Shown: positions 1-9,742 of the stretch, one piece after another
How the letters are laid out: every line of letters starts with the position of its first letter
Position numbering within the stretch: position 1 is the first letter of the stretch
DNA from: a bacterium
Lineage (GTDB): Bacteria; T1Sed10-126
Reading direction: 5' to 3'
Assembly (NCBI GenBank): GCA_003554945.1
Contig: PWHN01000057.1
Coordinates: forward strand, 380 to 64,379
Length of the DNA stretch: 64,000 bases
Made by a program: the position numbers and the translations under genes
The notes under the pieces: model-generated
Told to the model about the DNA's origin: nothing
The model's input: only the letters and a program-made list of their open reading frames with translations
Database searches by the model: none

Positions 1-805
1 GACTGCGCAAATCTGCACCACGGGCGAGCATGTGAGTTGCAAAAGAGTGCCGCAACGTATGTGGGCTGACATCATTCAAACCAGCACGGGCTGCATATTT
101 TTTGACTATTTGCCAGATTTGCTGACGGCTTACTGGATCCCCGTCCGCATTAATAAATACTTCATTAACCGTCCCACGGGGGTCCCAGTCTTTTCTCACC
201 TCACGAAAATATTTGCGCAGCCATTTTAAAGCCTGACGTCCCAGGGGAACCAGTCGCTGCTTGTCCCCCTTACCGGTCACCCGCAGTTCACCACGCTCCC
301 AGTCAATGTTTTCACTTTTCAACCCGGCCGCTTCCGAAACCCGCAGACCGGCCCCGTAAAGCGACTCCAGCAGGGCCCGGTCCCTGACTTCAGGGCCGGG
401 TTCTTCTACTTCCGGTGCATCCAGTAACTGCTCAACCTCTTTTTCATCCAGATAGTCTGGAAACTGGTCCTGCTGACGCGGTCGATCCAGTTTTTCAAGC
501 GGATTAGAATCGACAACCTCTTTTTCCTTAAGAAAGCTAAAAAAACGATTCAGCGTGGCAAGCCGCCGACTGATAGTACGCCCGGCGTATTCGCCACTCC
601 GACAGAGCTCAAGATAATCAGTTAAAACGTATACGTCCACCTCGGACGGCGCTATTGATTTTGTCCGGACAAAATCTAAAAAATGGGACAGGTCGCTACA
701 GTAGGAATTAACTGTATTCTCTGCGAGCCCCTCTGAAACCAGCAACTGCTGGCGAAAAAGGTCCAGATAACGACCCCAATTAGTTGCTTTATCGGAGCCA
801 CTCAA
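1..805 (-). CDS. xerD: Tyrosine site-specific recombinase of the XerC/XerD type. The C-terminal end runs off the window. The start codon is uncertain (candidate TTG near 805).
   Basis: The minus-strand translation of 1..~800 gives WGRYLDLFRQQLLVSEGLAENTVNSYCSDLSHFLDF and then GKGDKQRLVPLGRQALKWLRKYF...SPHTLRHSFATHMLARGADLRS. This is an XerD-like core-binding domain plus catalytic motifs. The ORF track does not list it because it lacks an ATG start and a stop inside the window. Confidence 0.7.
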   Translation of the reverse strand, partial: MSGSDKATNWGRYLDLFRQQLLVSEGLAENTVNSYCSDLSHFLDFVRTKSIAPSEVDVYVLTDYLELCRSGEYAGRTISRRLATLNRFFSFLKEKEVVDSNPLEKLDRPRQQDQFPDYLDEKEVEQLLDAPEVEEPGPEVRDRALLESLYGAGLRVSEAAGLKSENIDWERGELRVTGKGDKQRLVPLGRQALKWLRKYFREVRKDWDPRGTVNEVFINADGDPVSRQQIWQIVKKYAARAGLNDVSPHTLRHSFATHMLARGADLRS

Positions 806-1899
806 CGGCCCGCTTGAACCGGCGCTGTCTCGCCATCTGTAAGATAATCAAGTCCCCAGACAAAAATTACCGCCAGCACCATAATCGCTAACAGACGAAT
901 ACTGGCAAGAGTGGTGGCTTCCTCCGGCAGCCACCGCCAGGGCCATATACCGCGCAAACAACCGAGCATAAACCCAATCAGCCCGGCCATTGTGTAGTCG
1001 TTGTAATTGGTCAGTAAATACTTTAAGAGACGTGAAATTGTTACGATACCGATTAACATCCCAGAGACAAAAATAATCAAATAGAGGATTTCACCGCCGG
1101 GCTGCCGACCGGCAGCCAGCCGGCTGTTGAAAAGATGGAGGAGGTTCAGGACAAAGGTGTAACTACTCAAAATCAAAAGAATATAGGCACCGCTGATGCC
1201 CGGCAAAATCATCGCTGATATGGCCAGGGCGCCGGAAACAAAGACAAACCAGTGAGGAGAACGGGGAATTAAAACATTGTCTCCCGCCGAAACATAAGTC
1301 TCAGCAGAGGTTTTTTCATCGTCAGAAAATAAATGTTGGTTTTCTTGCCGTCCCAGAACTTCCGAAACAGTCCCTGATGAATACTGCTCAAATAATAGCT
1401 GCTCCAGGGGCTGACCGCTGGATTCCACTTCAACCCAGATCCGTGGGCCGGCGGACCCACTGGCCCCGTGTCCCGTAACAAGCCAGCCAACTGTAAAAAG
1501 CACAATGAGAAAAACAATCGCTGGTATCAGCCGGCGAAAAGAACGGCTCTGAATGGCTCTCGCCGGCACGTGAACACTCCCCAGTATAAGTCCAAAAAAA
1601 GCAGCTCTGACGATAGCGGGATAACTCTCCAGAACAGGTGGGATAACTGCGCCACCAATGCTCAAAGCCGTAAATATGCCGGCACCAAGAATTAAGAAAA
1701 AAATGGCCTTGAGACGCCGCATCTCCGCCAGAACAGTTCCCGTAAAGGCTCTTGTCCCCCGCCCGATATTTCGAACACAATGAAAAACCCAGACCAGATC
1801 AAGTGAACCCAGGGCGGTTATCAACTCACGGTAAATTCCCAGCACAAGGGCCATTGTTCCGCCGCTAACACCGGGAATTACGTCAGCAATTCCCATGCA
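802..1899 (-). CDS. DUF368 family integral membrane protein, a putative undecaprenyl-phosphate translocase-type family. The track ORF 802..2037 has a spurious N-terminal extension; the likely start is the MGIADVIPG codon at 1899.
   Basis: Two PG(V/I)S(G)xG motifs are present (IPGVSGGT and LPGISGAY) in a polytopic hydrophobic protein. The track ORF overlaps the pcm C-terminus when read from 2037. Confidence 0.55.
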   Translation of the reverse strand, partial: CMGIADVIPGVSGGTMALVLGIYRELITALGSLDLVWVFHCVRNIGRGTRAFTGTVLAEMRRLKAIFFLILGAGIFTALSIGGAVIPPVLESYPAIVRAAFFGLILGSVHVPARAIQSRSFRRLIPAIVFLIVLFTVGWLVTGHGASGSAGPRIWVEVESSGQPLEQLLFEQYSSGTVSEVLGRQENQHLFSDDEKTSAETYVSAGDNVLIPRSPHWFVFVSGALAISAMILPGISGAYILLILSSYTFVLNLLHLFNSRLAAGRQPGGEILYLIIFVSGMLIGIVTISRLLKYLLTNYNDYTMAGLIGFMLGCLRGIWPWRWLPEEATTLASIRLLAIMVLAVIFVWGLDYLTDGETAPVQAGR

Positions 1900-1969
1900 G
1901 ACCCCTTTTAAATATAGACAAATCCAACCAGTTAAATTTCGTCGTCTCTCGGACGAACTTTTCCTCTCC

Positions 1970-2641
1970 TCAACCATCCCAGCCAAATACTCCCACCAGT
2001 GGCACAAAAACACATGAGATATTCTTGTGCCGTTCAAAATTGCCGGGTCCCTTCTTTATAACGACAGTCATTGTTTGCGAACGCCTCGACCCTACAGGAA
2101 TTACCATCCGACCGCCGTCGGCGAGTTGTTCTTCCAACGGCAGAGGAATTTTGGGGGCGGCGGCAGTGACAATTATTCTGTCGAAGGGCGCCTCTTCTTC
2201 CCAACCCCTGGTTCCATCTCCCACCTTAAACTTCACCTGATCGGCCAGCCCCAGGTTTTCGAGCCGCTGGCGGGCAAGATTAGTTAATGATTTACTCATC
2301 TCAACTGTAAAAATTTCTGCTCCTATTTTTGCTAAAATAGCAGTCTGATAGCCGGAGCCGGTTCCAATTTCAAGAACTTTTAACCCCGCCTCAACTTTTA
2401 ATTGTTGTGTCATCAGGGCGACAATTTAGGGCTGGGAGATCGTCTGCCCTTCCCCGATAGGCAGAGCACAATCATCATAGGCCCGGTTTCGGCGGGCCTC
2501 CGGAACAAACTTTTCACGAGGAATACTGCGGAATGCTTCTAAAACCCGGGGGTCGCTTATCCCGCGACGTTCGAGATGGTAGCGCACCATCTCTTCGCGT
2601 TTCTGCCGGAGCTTATCAGGTGAATTATAACTATTGCTCAC
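1970..2641 (-). pseudogene. pcm: Protein-L-isoaspartate O-methyltransferase, a single reading frame interrupted by an in-frame TAA (minus-strand codon at 2426..2428) at the position of the conserved Tyr in SQPY.
   Basis: Track ORFs 2426..2641 (ends ...[11 protein letters not shown]) and 1970..2413 ([28 protein letters not shown]) are in the same frame and are separated only by TAA-ATT-GTC-GCC-CTG. The Pcm consensus here is GQTISQPYMVA and the SAM-binding motif is [10 protein letters not shown]. Confidence 0.7.
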
Positions 2642-4755
2642 GGCAATAAATATCTTCCGGAAAATCTAAAGATTGAATTCATGTAATGTAGCGAGAGAGC
2701 ATATCGACGCCAGTCGCCCGGGCGCATGATATCTATTGGACTGCGAAATATACCCGTGTAATGGCCCCTTAAAACTTGATTGTAGTCGGACCAAGTTCTG
2801 CTGACAGAAAGTTCCGCAAGGTTCATCTGTTCGGCATCGCCAACCTCCAGCAAACTGAAATCATCCGGAATTGATTCTACTGTCGGATTTACAATAACAA
2901 AGGGCACGGCGTTGTTGCGCAAACGGTTAGCCAATCTCTGCAATTCTTCAGTTTCGGGGTAGTCAACCAGGCGGGGCGTAACAAGTATTACTCCCAGCGA
3001 ACCACGACGGCGAAATCCATAATCAAGTGCTCTATGTAGCGTCTCTTCAAAAACAGTGTCAGAACTGATAGATTGCCGGTAGGGGTGACTCCGCGCTATT
3101 GCGTTTCGGAGCAATGTCCTGTGCCGGGTCCGCGTCTGCACCGTCGGACGCGGAAACCCGTGAACTGACCATATAGATCCCTGAGAATCGGCGGGTGCTC
3201 CATTAATAACATCAAGTAAAAAATGCTGGATTTCTTCCCACTGAGTCCGGCTTTCGAAAGCATCGTCAACTACCATTACCCAGCTTGGCCCGTATTGATT
3301 CCGGGTCGGGCGCAGAAGACTTGGGAGTGCTTTACGCTCCTGGATCTCAATACCAAAGTTCTTATCTCCCAAATGTTGAAACCGGCTGCTCATAAGGGGA
3401 TCACGAATTATAAAATTCATCCTCATAACCGGATAATTCAAGAAATTTATACGTCTTTCTTGAAATAAAAGGTCCGGGTCAGGCTGTTCCGGCGGTCGGT
3501 AAATCGGCAGAAGACTGCCCTCAAACAACGAGAGTATTAGCCTGTCCCCACTAAACAATATATCGGCTACGTCACCGCCGGGCAGCGATTCGCCGTCGGC
3601 TTCAAGATAAACCGGATTCAGGTCGTCATCAAATTTAAAAAAAAGCGGTCCTCCGGCGGCATACAATTCCCCCTCGCGCCAGAAGAGACGGCGAACCCCG
3701 TGATCAGGATCAAGCTGATGAGTTTGTTTTTCATTTCCCCGCCGATCTAAAATTAATATTCTATCTTCTTCACGGTCCAGGACCCAGAACTCACCGTCCG
3801 GACTGAGAGCAACGTCCTGAACGTCAAAAAGCGGGGGAGCCTGCCAGACAGTTCCAATATATTGGCCCCGACGGGAAAATCTCACTATTTCTCTACCCCC
3901 GTCGTTATAAACATATATAGAACCGCCGGTGGCAAAACTGCGCATTGGGGACTCAAGACCGGTATCAATAAATATTTCCGGCTGACCATCAAGATCTATC
4001 AACGTCAACCGATCGGCGGCATATTCCGTAACTACTACCCCCCTGCCATCCAATACGGTTAAATCTGTCGGCCTCTGGAAACCACGCCAGCGATTCAACT
4101 GCTCCCCTTCCTCGGAGTAGAGAAAAATTCTCCCCAGCTTATAAGAGGCACTAAAAAAACCTCCGTTTTCTCGCGGCGCCAGAGCGACCGGATTCAGATT
4201 TTGTTTTCTACCGGCGGCTCGCCCACTTATACGTCCCTCTAAACGCCACTGCTCTCCGGGAACAGGCTGTGGAGGGTCATAATTTAACTGGTGACTATTT
4301 AATGCATTCTGGAATCTATCACGTCCTCCGCCGGGCCTGGTTAAACCCTCTTCCCAGGTTTCCAATGCTTTTTCATTTTTTCCGAGAGCATAATAAGTTT
4401 TCCCCAACCAGTAACGAGCTTCGTCGTAACCTGGATCACCGAGCAGGGCTCGTTCCAATCGCTCTTGAGCCATTACCAGATTCCCGTCCTGGTGATAAGC
4501 GAGATAGCCAAACGTGAACTGCGTTTCAGTATCCCCGGGATCAATTTCTTCCGGTTCCTCAACCTCCTCGGGGTCTTCAATAAAATCAATGTCATCCTCA
4601 GGCATTTCTTCTTCCGGCGGTTGCTCCAGCAGCTCCATCTCTTCTTCGGTAAATTCTTGCTGCGGCTCGCCCCTTAAAGGCTGAACACCCCCCAAACCAA
4701 TCAGGAAACCGACCAGTAATATAACCAGCAGCTTCAAGGTAACTGTTCCGCCCAT
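2638..4755 (-). CDS. Secreted multidomain protein with a signal peptide, an acidic linker, a TPR-like segment, a beta-propeller-like repeat region and a C-terminal vWA-like segment. Function unknown.
   Basis: The N-terminus [23 protein letters not shown] is hydrophobic. An [19 protein letters not shown] acidic run follows. The segment [23 protein letters not shown] is TPR-like. The repeated DG/WV motifs are consistent with propeller blades. The call comes from composition and motifs, not from a match. Confidence 0.35.
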   Translation of the reverse strand: MGGTVTLKLLVILLVGFLIGLGGVQPLRGEPQQEFTEEEMELLEQPPEEEMPEDDIDFIEDPEEVEEPEEIDPGDTETQFTFGYLAYHQDGNLVMAQERLERALLGDPGYDEARYWLGKTYYALGKNEKALETWEEGLTRPGGGRDRFQNALNSHQLNYDPPQPVPGEQWRLEGRISGRAAGRKQNLNPVALAPRENGGFFSASYKLGRIFLYSEEGEQLNRWRGFQRPTDLTVLDGRGVVVTEYAADRLTLIDLDGQPEIFIDTGLESPMRSFATGGSIYVYNDGGREIVRFSRRGQYIGTVWQAPPLFDVQDVALSPDGEFWVLDREEDRILILDRRGNEKQTHQLDPDHGVRRLFWREGELYAAGGPLFFKFDDDLNPVYLEADGESLPGGDVADILFSGDRLILSLFEGSLLPIYRPPEQPDPDLLFQERRINFLNYPVMRMNFIIRDPLMSSRFQHLGDKNFGIEIQERKALPSLLRPTRNQYGPSWVMVVDDAFESRTQWEEIQHFLLDVINGAPADSQGSIWSVHGFPRPTVQTRTRHRTLLRNAIARSHPYRQSISSDTVFEETLHRALDYGFRRRGSLGVILVTPRLVDYPETEELQRLANRLRNNAVPFVIVNPTVESIPDDFSLLEVGDAEQMNLAELSVSRTWSDYNQVLRGHYTGIFRSPIDIMRPGDWRRYALSLHYMNSIFRFSGRYLLP

Positions 4756-5513
4756 CTTGAGTCCGGATAGTCTGACAGCAGGCGCCGTCTATAACGCTGC
4801 GCTCGTTCAGATTCACCGGCTAAATTTTCTGAAATAAACCAGGCTCCATATAGAATTTCAGGGGTCCGGGGATGACCAAAAAAATTGGATAGGAAACGAT
4901 CTCCCGCCTGCAGAGCCAGCTCAATTTCAGCCTGGCTTTCATAAAAGACAAACAACCTGTAGAGGGCCTCAGCACGAACTTCAGGTCTACCAGTTTCATC
5001 AATTATATGTTGGAGGAAGGAGACAATTTGAGAGGCATTACCCTGACGAGCATAATCCTGTAGGCGGGAAAAATCAGGATCGTCCACATTTACCTCAAAT
5101 TCATCTGATATCTCAGCCGTATCAGATTCAGTTTCTCTTTCAGCAACAAGGTGAAGCCCGGCAAAAGTCAACGACGCTCCAATAACAAAACCAACAACAG
5201 CGAGTAAAAAAATTGTCTTCCCCCGCCGAAAAAAAGCGACAGTCGAATTTTGAGGTTCAGATTTTTTAGGCGGGTCAACTACTTTTACCCGCCTGTCGGA
5301 ATCTTTTTCATTTTTTTCAAATTGGATTGGTTCGGGAAAGGAATTGTCCTTAGAATGTTGGCTGCAGCGGCCTTTCGCCCCCTCAACCGGCCAGCGTGAA
5401 CAGGGAGTTCCAGCTTCAAGAGGAACTCCGCAAACTTCTCTCCCCAGCTCTTTTTCTAACTGTTCAATTTTTTCCTCATGTCGAGAGGACCAACCGGCCT
5501 CAATTTGAGCCAA
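4734..5513 (-). CDS. Membrane-anchored protein with an N-terminal Cys-containing segment, one transmembrane helix and a C-terminal TPR-like periplasmic domain. Function unknown.
   Basis: The ORF is 259 aa. The central stretch IFLLAVVGFVIGASLTFAGLHLV is a transmembrane helix. The protein is helical with a TPR-like C-terminus. It overlaps the upstream gene by 22 bp. Confidence 0.35.
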   Translation of the reverse strand: MAQIEAGWSSRHEEKIEQLEKELGREVCGVPLEAGTPCSRWPVEGAKGRCSQHSKDNSFPEPIQFEKNEKDSDRRVKVVDPPKKSEPQNSTVAFFRRGKTIFLLAVVGFVIGASLTFAGLHLVAERETESDTAEISDEFEVNVDDPDFSRLQDYARQGNASQIVSFLQHIIDETGRPEVRAEALYRLFVFYESQAEIELALQAGDRFLSNFFGHPRTPEILYGAWFISENLAGESERAQRYRRRLLSDYPDSRWAEQLP

Positions 5514-5518
5514 ACCTA

Positions 5519-7273
5519 TCAGCCTTTCATAGCGTTAGGCAGTTCATCCCCCAGGAGATCGCCAAAAGTTATGCCGTCACCACCGCCACCTTCTTCTTCC
5601 ATATACTCCTCCATCTGCTCCTTTGCTCTTTCCTTCTCGTATTCCTTAATGCTCAGATCTATCTTACGCTCATCCTCATCAACCCCAATGACTTTCACCT
5701 TGACTTTTTCGCCTTCTGAAATTTCTTCATAAGGGTTGACTCGTTTACCATCGGCCATCTCGCTGACGTGGACAAGGCCTTCCAGGTCTTTATCAATTTT
5801 AACAAAAGCACCAAACTGAAGAACACTCGTCACCTTGCCCTCAACTGTTGAGCCCACCGGGTATTTGCGAACTTTCTTAACCCATGGGTTAGGCAACATC
5901 TGTTTAATTCCGAGTTCAACCCGCTGCCGGTTGGGGTCCATGGCAAGCACTTTACATTTGACCTGCTGACCAATTTTGAACTGGTCAAACAGATCCACCT
6001 CTTTATCCTCCCATTGAATATTCCTCTTTTGAATCCGTCCCCGGACATTTTCCAGCAACTGTACTTTTATGTCATTCGGAGTTATATCAACCACTGGGGC
6101 AGCAAGCACCGTTCCGACCGGGAATCGCTTCTGGAGAACCTCCCAGGGGTTCTTCTGGGTTTGCTTATGACTCAAAAGAACGTGCCGGCGCTGTTTATCA
6201 ATTGAAACAATCTTCACTTCCATCTTATCCCCTTCGGCGAACTGTTCCTCTGGATGATCCCAGGTCTTGGCCCAGGAGAGCTCATCCTCGGGCACCTTCC
6301 CTTCGACGTCCCGTTCAAGACGTATAAATACTCCATCACTCCAGACATCAACTATCTCACCGGTGGTTATATCTCCTTCTGAATATTTTTCATCAATATT
6401 CTCCCAGGGATCCGGATATTTCTGTTTCAAACCAAGCGAGACCTTTCCTTCTTCTCTATCCATATCCAGCACTTTTACCTCAATTTTTTTCTGCATTTCA
6501 ACGTAGTCACCCACGTCCCTTACTGGACCCCAGGCGACGTCGCTTTTGTGCAAAAGTCCATCCACAGGTCCAAGGTCAACGAAGGCACCAAAATTAACAA
6601 TATTTTTTACACGTCCTTCAACCCAATCCCCTATAGAAATATCCTCAAAGAACTCTTGTTGCTCTTTTTGCCGTTCCTGTTCCAAAAATTCGCGGCGGCT
6701 GACGACAACATTTTCCTCTTCCCGATCATACTCGAGGACCTTCAGCTTGAAAGAACGATCAATGTATTTGTCGGTATTTTTCTTATGGCTCAAACTCAGG
6801 TGAGAATACGGCATAAAGGAGGTAAGATGCTCAAACAGTTGAACCAGAAAGCCCCCTTTGATCTTCTTAAATATTTTACCTTCCAGGACGTCTCCGTTCT
6901 CATGCGCCGCTTTAATTTTTGCCCATGATCGATCAGCCACTGCCTCTTTTTCACTTAAAAGCGGCAGATTATCACGGTGTTCAGTTTCAATAATTTTTAC
7001 ATACTTTTTGTCACCAACGGAAACCCCTCCCTCGTGAAGCTTATCAAACGGCAAAACACCATCGGCGGGACCACCAAAATCAACTAAGGCGTGATCGTCC
7101 TCCAACCGGACAACTTCGGCGCCGTATATTGCTCCTTTTTTAATTTCAGCCATCTGTAGTTCTTCTTCCTCTTCGCTTACCTCTTCCTCTTGGACTTCCT
7201 CTTCGGCTGAGACAGTCTCGTAATCGAAATCCTCGTCCTCAGGATCCAACATCGTGGGTTTGGGGTCTACCAT
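5519..7273 (-). CDS. rpsA: 30S ribosomal protein S1
   Basis: The protein is 584 aa with six S1-like repeats (patterns such as GxV..I...GAFV.L and VHVSE) and an acidic N-terminal tail. Confidence 0.9.
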   Translation of the reverse strand: MVDPKPTMLDPEDEDFDYETVSAEEEVQEEEVSEEEEELQMAEIKKGAIYGAEVVRLEDDHALVDFGGPADGVLPFDKLHEGGVSVGDKKYVKIIETEHRDNLPLLSEKEAVADRSWAKIKAAHENGDVLEGKIFKKIKGGFLVQLFEHLTSFMPYSHLSLSHKKNTDKYIDRSFKLKVLEYDREEENVVVSRREFLEQERQKEQQEFFEDISIGDWVEGRVKNIVNFGAFVDLGPVDGLLHKSDVAWGPVRDVGDYVEMQKKIEVKVLDMDREEGKVSLGLKQKYPDPWENIDEKYSEGDITTGEIVDVWSDGVFIRLERDVEGKVPEDELSWAKTWDHPEEQFAEGDKMEVKIVSIDKQRRHVLLSHKQTQKNPWEVLQKRFPVGTVLAAPVVDITPNDIKVQLLENVRGRIQKRNIQWEDKEVDLFDQFKIGQQVKCKVLAMDPNRQRVELGIKQMLPNPWVKKVRKYPVGSTVEGKVTSVLQFGAFVKIDKDLEGLVHVSEMADGKRVNPYEEISEGEKVKVKVIGVDEDERKIDLSIKEYEKERAKEQMEEYMEEEGGGGDGITFGDLLGDELPNAMKG

Positions 7274-7304
7274 CGCCGCTTAAAACCTCCTGTTAAAAAT
7301 TAAT

Positions 7305-7970
7305 TTACTCACTATTTTTGAGATTAACAACTGCAGAACGTATCCGCTCCGCCACTTTTCTATATGTTTTACGGTCCGGATTGTCCATATCCAGATCATC
7401 AAAATTTATCATTTTGCCAAAAGTCACGGTTGTTTTACGGGGCCGGGGTAACATTTTTCCCGGCGGCCAGGCTTCAAAAGTTCCATCTATGTAACCCGGC
7501 AGGACACCAACGCCGGCGTCAAGAACTATCTTCCCCACTCCCGCCTTAAAATCTTGAACACTCCCATCCCTTGTTCTCGTCCCCTCGGGAAACATTAACA
7601 ATAAATTTTTCTTTTTTAGAATTTCAACCGCTTTTTTCATTGCTCCCCGGTCAAATCCCCCTCGCTTTACAGGAAAGGAATGGTATGCCCGAATAAGTGA
7701 ACCAAAAATGGGAATGTCATGAAGGGATTGCTTGGCCATATAATAGACTGGCCGGGGCAGATCAACGCCAACTAAAGGCGGGTCAAGCACACTGGCATGG
7801 TTTGTGGCTATCACAGCTCCTTCTCGCTGAGGAAGATTTTCAACACCTTTTGTTTCATGTCTGAAATAGAGGTTGAACATTGCTTTGACCGGTGGCTGGG
7901 CCCAACGATAATACCAGCGACGCTGCGCCCTGACCGGTATCTTCATGTCATGCATCTTGTTTGGCTTCAA
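7305..7970 (-). CDS. plsC: 1-acyl-sn-glycerol-3-phosphate acyltransferase
   Basis: The acyltransferase motifs ATNHASVLDPP and FPEGTRT are present. Confidence 0.8.
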   Translation of the reverse strand: MKPNKMHDMKIPVRAQRRWYYRWAQPPVKAMFNLYFRHETKGVENLPQREGAVIATNHASVLDPPLVGVDLPRPVYYMAKQSLHDIPIFGSLIRAYHSFPVKRGGFDRGAMKKAVEILKKKNLLLMFPEGTRTRDGSVQDFKAGVGKIVLDAGVGVLPGYIDGTFEAWPPGKMLPRPRKTTVTFGKMINFDDLDMDNPDRKTYRKVAERIRSAVVNLKNSE

Positions 7971-8628
7971 TCTTCTCCATTATTTTTTCAACTACTTCTT
8001 CAATTGTAAAATCAGAGGTGTCTATTATACAAGCATCCTCCGCTGGTTTCAAAGGCCCTGACGCCCTACCGCGGTCGGTCGCATCTCGTTCTTCAATTTC
8101 TTCTACCACAGAATTAAAGCTAACGTCTTCGCTAGCCTGCTGTAATTCATTATACCGCCTCTGAGCACGTATATCAAGCGTAGCGTCTAAATAAAATTTA
8201 TAACGAGCTTGAGGAAAAACAACGGTCCCAATATCCCTTCCGTCCATTATTACTTTGCCCTCCTCGCCAAGAGCCTGCTGTTTTTCAACTAATTTTTCCC
8301 GCACCCCTGGCAGAGCAGCCACTTTACTTACCTGCTGGTTCACACGATTACGCCTGATATCCTTGCTTACGTCCTCGCCGTCCATAAAAACCTTCAACCC
8401 ATCATCTTTAAAACTCATCCTCATCGTAGTGTCATTTAATAAGTCGACCAGACTATCCTCATCCTCGACGGAAATCGAGCTTTGAAGGGCCTTCAGACAG
8501 AGACACCTATACATCGCTCCCGTGTCAATATAGTCCCAATCAAGTCTTTTGGCTAGCTCTTTCGAAACTGTACTCTTCCCGCTGCCAGCGGGTCCATCCA
8601 CAGCAATAACTTCCTGTTCTTCTGTCAA
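7948..8628 (-). CDS. cmk: Cytidylate kinase
   Basis: The P-loop AVDGPAGSGKSTV is present, the protein has CMP-kinase length and layout, and it lies downstream of rpsA as in many bacteria. Confidence 0.85.
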   Translation of the reverse strand: MTEEQEVIAVDGPAGSGKSTVSKELAKRLDWDYIDTGAMYRCLCLKALQSSISVEDEDSLVDLLNDTTMRMSFKDDGLKVFMDGEDVSKDIRRNRVNQQVSKVAALPGVREKLVEKQQALGEEGKVIMDGRDIGTVVFPQARYKFYLDATLDIRAQRRYNELQQASEDVSFNSVVEEIEERDATDRGRASGPLKPAEDACIIDTSDFTIEEVVEKIMEKIEAKQDA

Positions 8629-8650
8629 AGTTGATCAACCCTATCTTGTG

Positions 8651-9742
8651 TTAAATTATCTTCACTCCTGTTGCTCTATCCTGCAATAACTCACGCGCTT
8701 TTGCTTGCTCCGTCTGCCGACGAAAAGCAAGCCTGATTGTTCCTTTTTCCCCTTCCCGCACACGAAGCACCTCAATATCACATATATTAACCTCTTCCTC
8801 ACCCAATATACCTGTTATTTCAGCCAGTATACCGGGACTATCCGGAGCCTGAATTCTTAGTTCATAAAGAGTCCCCACAAGACCTTTCGCTTTTTCCGGA
8901 ATAAGACTTCGTATTTTGGCCGCCTGACTCAGCCAGGCGCTAACCTCCGGCCAGTCTTCCTCCTCAATCAATCGCTTCACTTTTTCAATTCGTCCCTCAA
9001 ACTCTGCAAGTGCCTCCAGAACTTTCTCCCTGTTAGTTTCCAGGATGTCACGCCAGAGAGCCGGATCACTTGAGGCTATTCGAGTGGTATCTCTAAACCC
9101 ACCGGCCGCGAGCGGCAAAGCATCTTTTTCATAATCTTCCACTCCGCCAACCGCGTGAATAAGAGCGGCGGCACCAACGTGCGGCAGGTGACTGATATGA
9201 GCGGCAACTCGATCGTGTTGGGCGGGCGACAGTTCCATAATATGAGCACCAAGTTGCTCCCATATTTGTCGCACTTCGTTAAGCTTATCACATCTGCCTG
9301 ACGACGGCGTCAGCACACAGATGGCGTTTTCAAACAGCAGCGGATCTGAGGCTTCAAGTCCCTGTTTTTCTGAACCTGCCATCGGATGAGCCCCCACAAA
9401 TTCAACCGAATCCGGAAGAATTTCAGCGGCGCGGCTGCATATCCATTCTTTGGTCGAACCAACATCAGTAACAAAACCGGGCTGGTTCCCTCCAGACGCA
9501 ACCTCTTTCAGCACCTGTGGCATAGAAGGGACAGGCAGTGCCAGCAGAAGGCCGTCTACTTCCTCTGGCAAGTCTCCCGGCTCATATGCGCTCTCAATTA
9601 TCTCGTTTTTTAGAGCTAATTGCAATCGTTCACTGTCCCGATCCCAGCCGCTAACCACAATTTTTGTGTCGGATAACCCCCGGGCTATAGATCCTCCTAT
9701 CAGTCCCAGACCAACGATGTGTAAATTCAATTCAGAATCCAC
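8651..9742 (-). CDS. tyrA: Prephenate/arogenate dehydrogenase with a C-terminal ACT domain
   Basis: The N-terminal Rossmann motif IVGLGLIGGS is present. The PDH core carries HDRVAAHISHLPH. The C-terminal ACT-like segment has ILAEITGILGEE. Confidence 0.8.
   Translation of the reverse strand: MDSELNLHIVGLGLIGGSIARGLSDTKIVVSGWDRDSERLQLALKNEIIESAYEPGDLPEEVDGLLLALPVPSMPQVLKEVASGGNQPGFVTDVGSTKEWICSRAAEILPDSVEFVGAHPMAGSEKQGLEASDPLLFENAICVLTPSSGRCDKLNEVRQIWEQLGAHIMELSPAQHDRVAAHISHLPHVGAAALIHAVGGVEDYEKDALPLAAGGFRDTTRIASSDPALWRDILETNREKVLEALAEFEGRIEKVKRLIEEEDWPEVSAWLSQAAKIRSLIPEKAKGLVGTLYELRIQAPDSPGILAEITGILGEEEVNICDIEVLRVREGEKGTIRLAFRRQTEQAKARELLQDRATGVKII

Noticed and set aside
32-229. Plus-strand ORF of 65 aa at the window start.
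   Set aside because: It lies antisense within the well-supported xerD coding region on the minus strand and has no family resemblance.
802-2037. Full-length track ORF of 411 aa for the DUF368 protein.
   Set aside because: The first 46 codons overlap the pcm C-terminus on the same strand region and carry no DUF368 signal. The internal Met at MGIADVIPG (1899) gives a normal-length protein.
5830-6928. Multiple plus-strand ORFs (63-126 aa) inside rpsA. Similar antisense ORFs occur inside coxL, mmdA, valS, hom and others.
   Set aside because: They are antisense to long, well-supported genes. They have no start context and give low-complexity translations. They are typical shadow ORFs.
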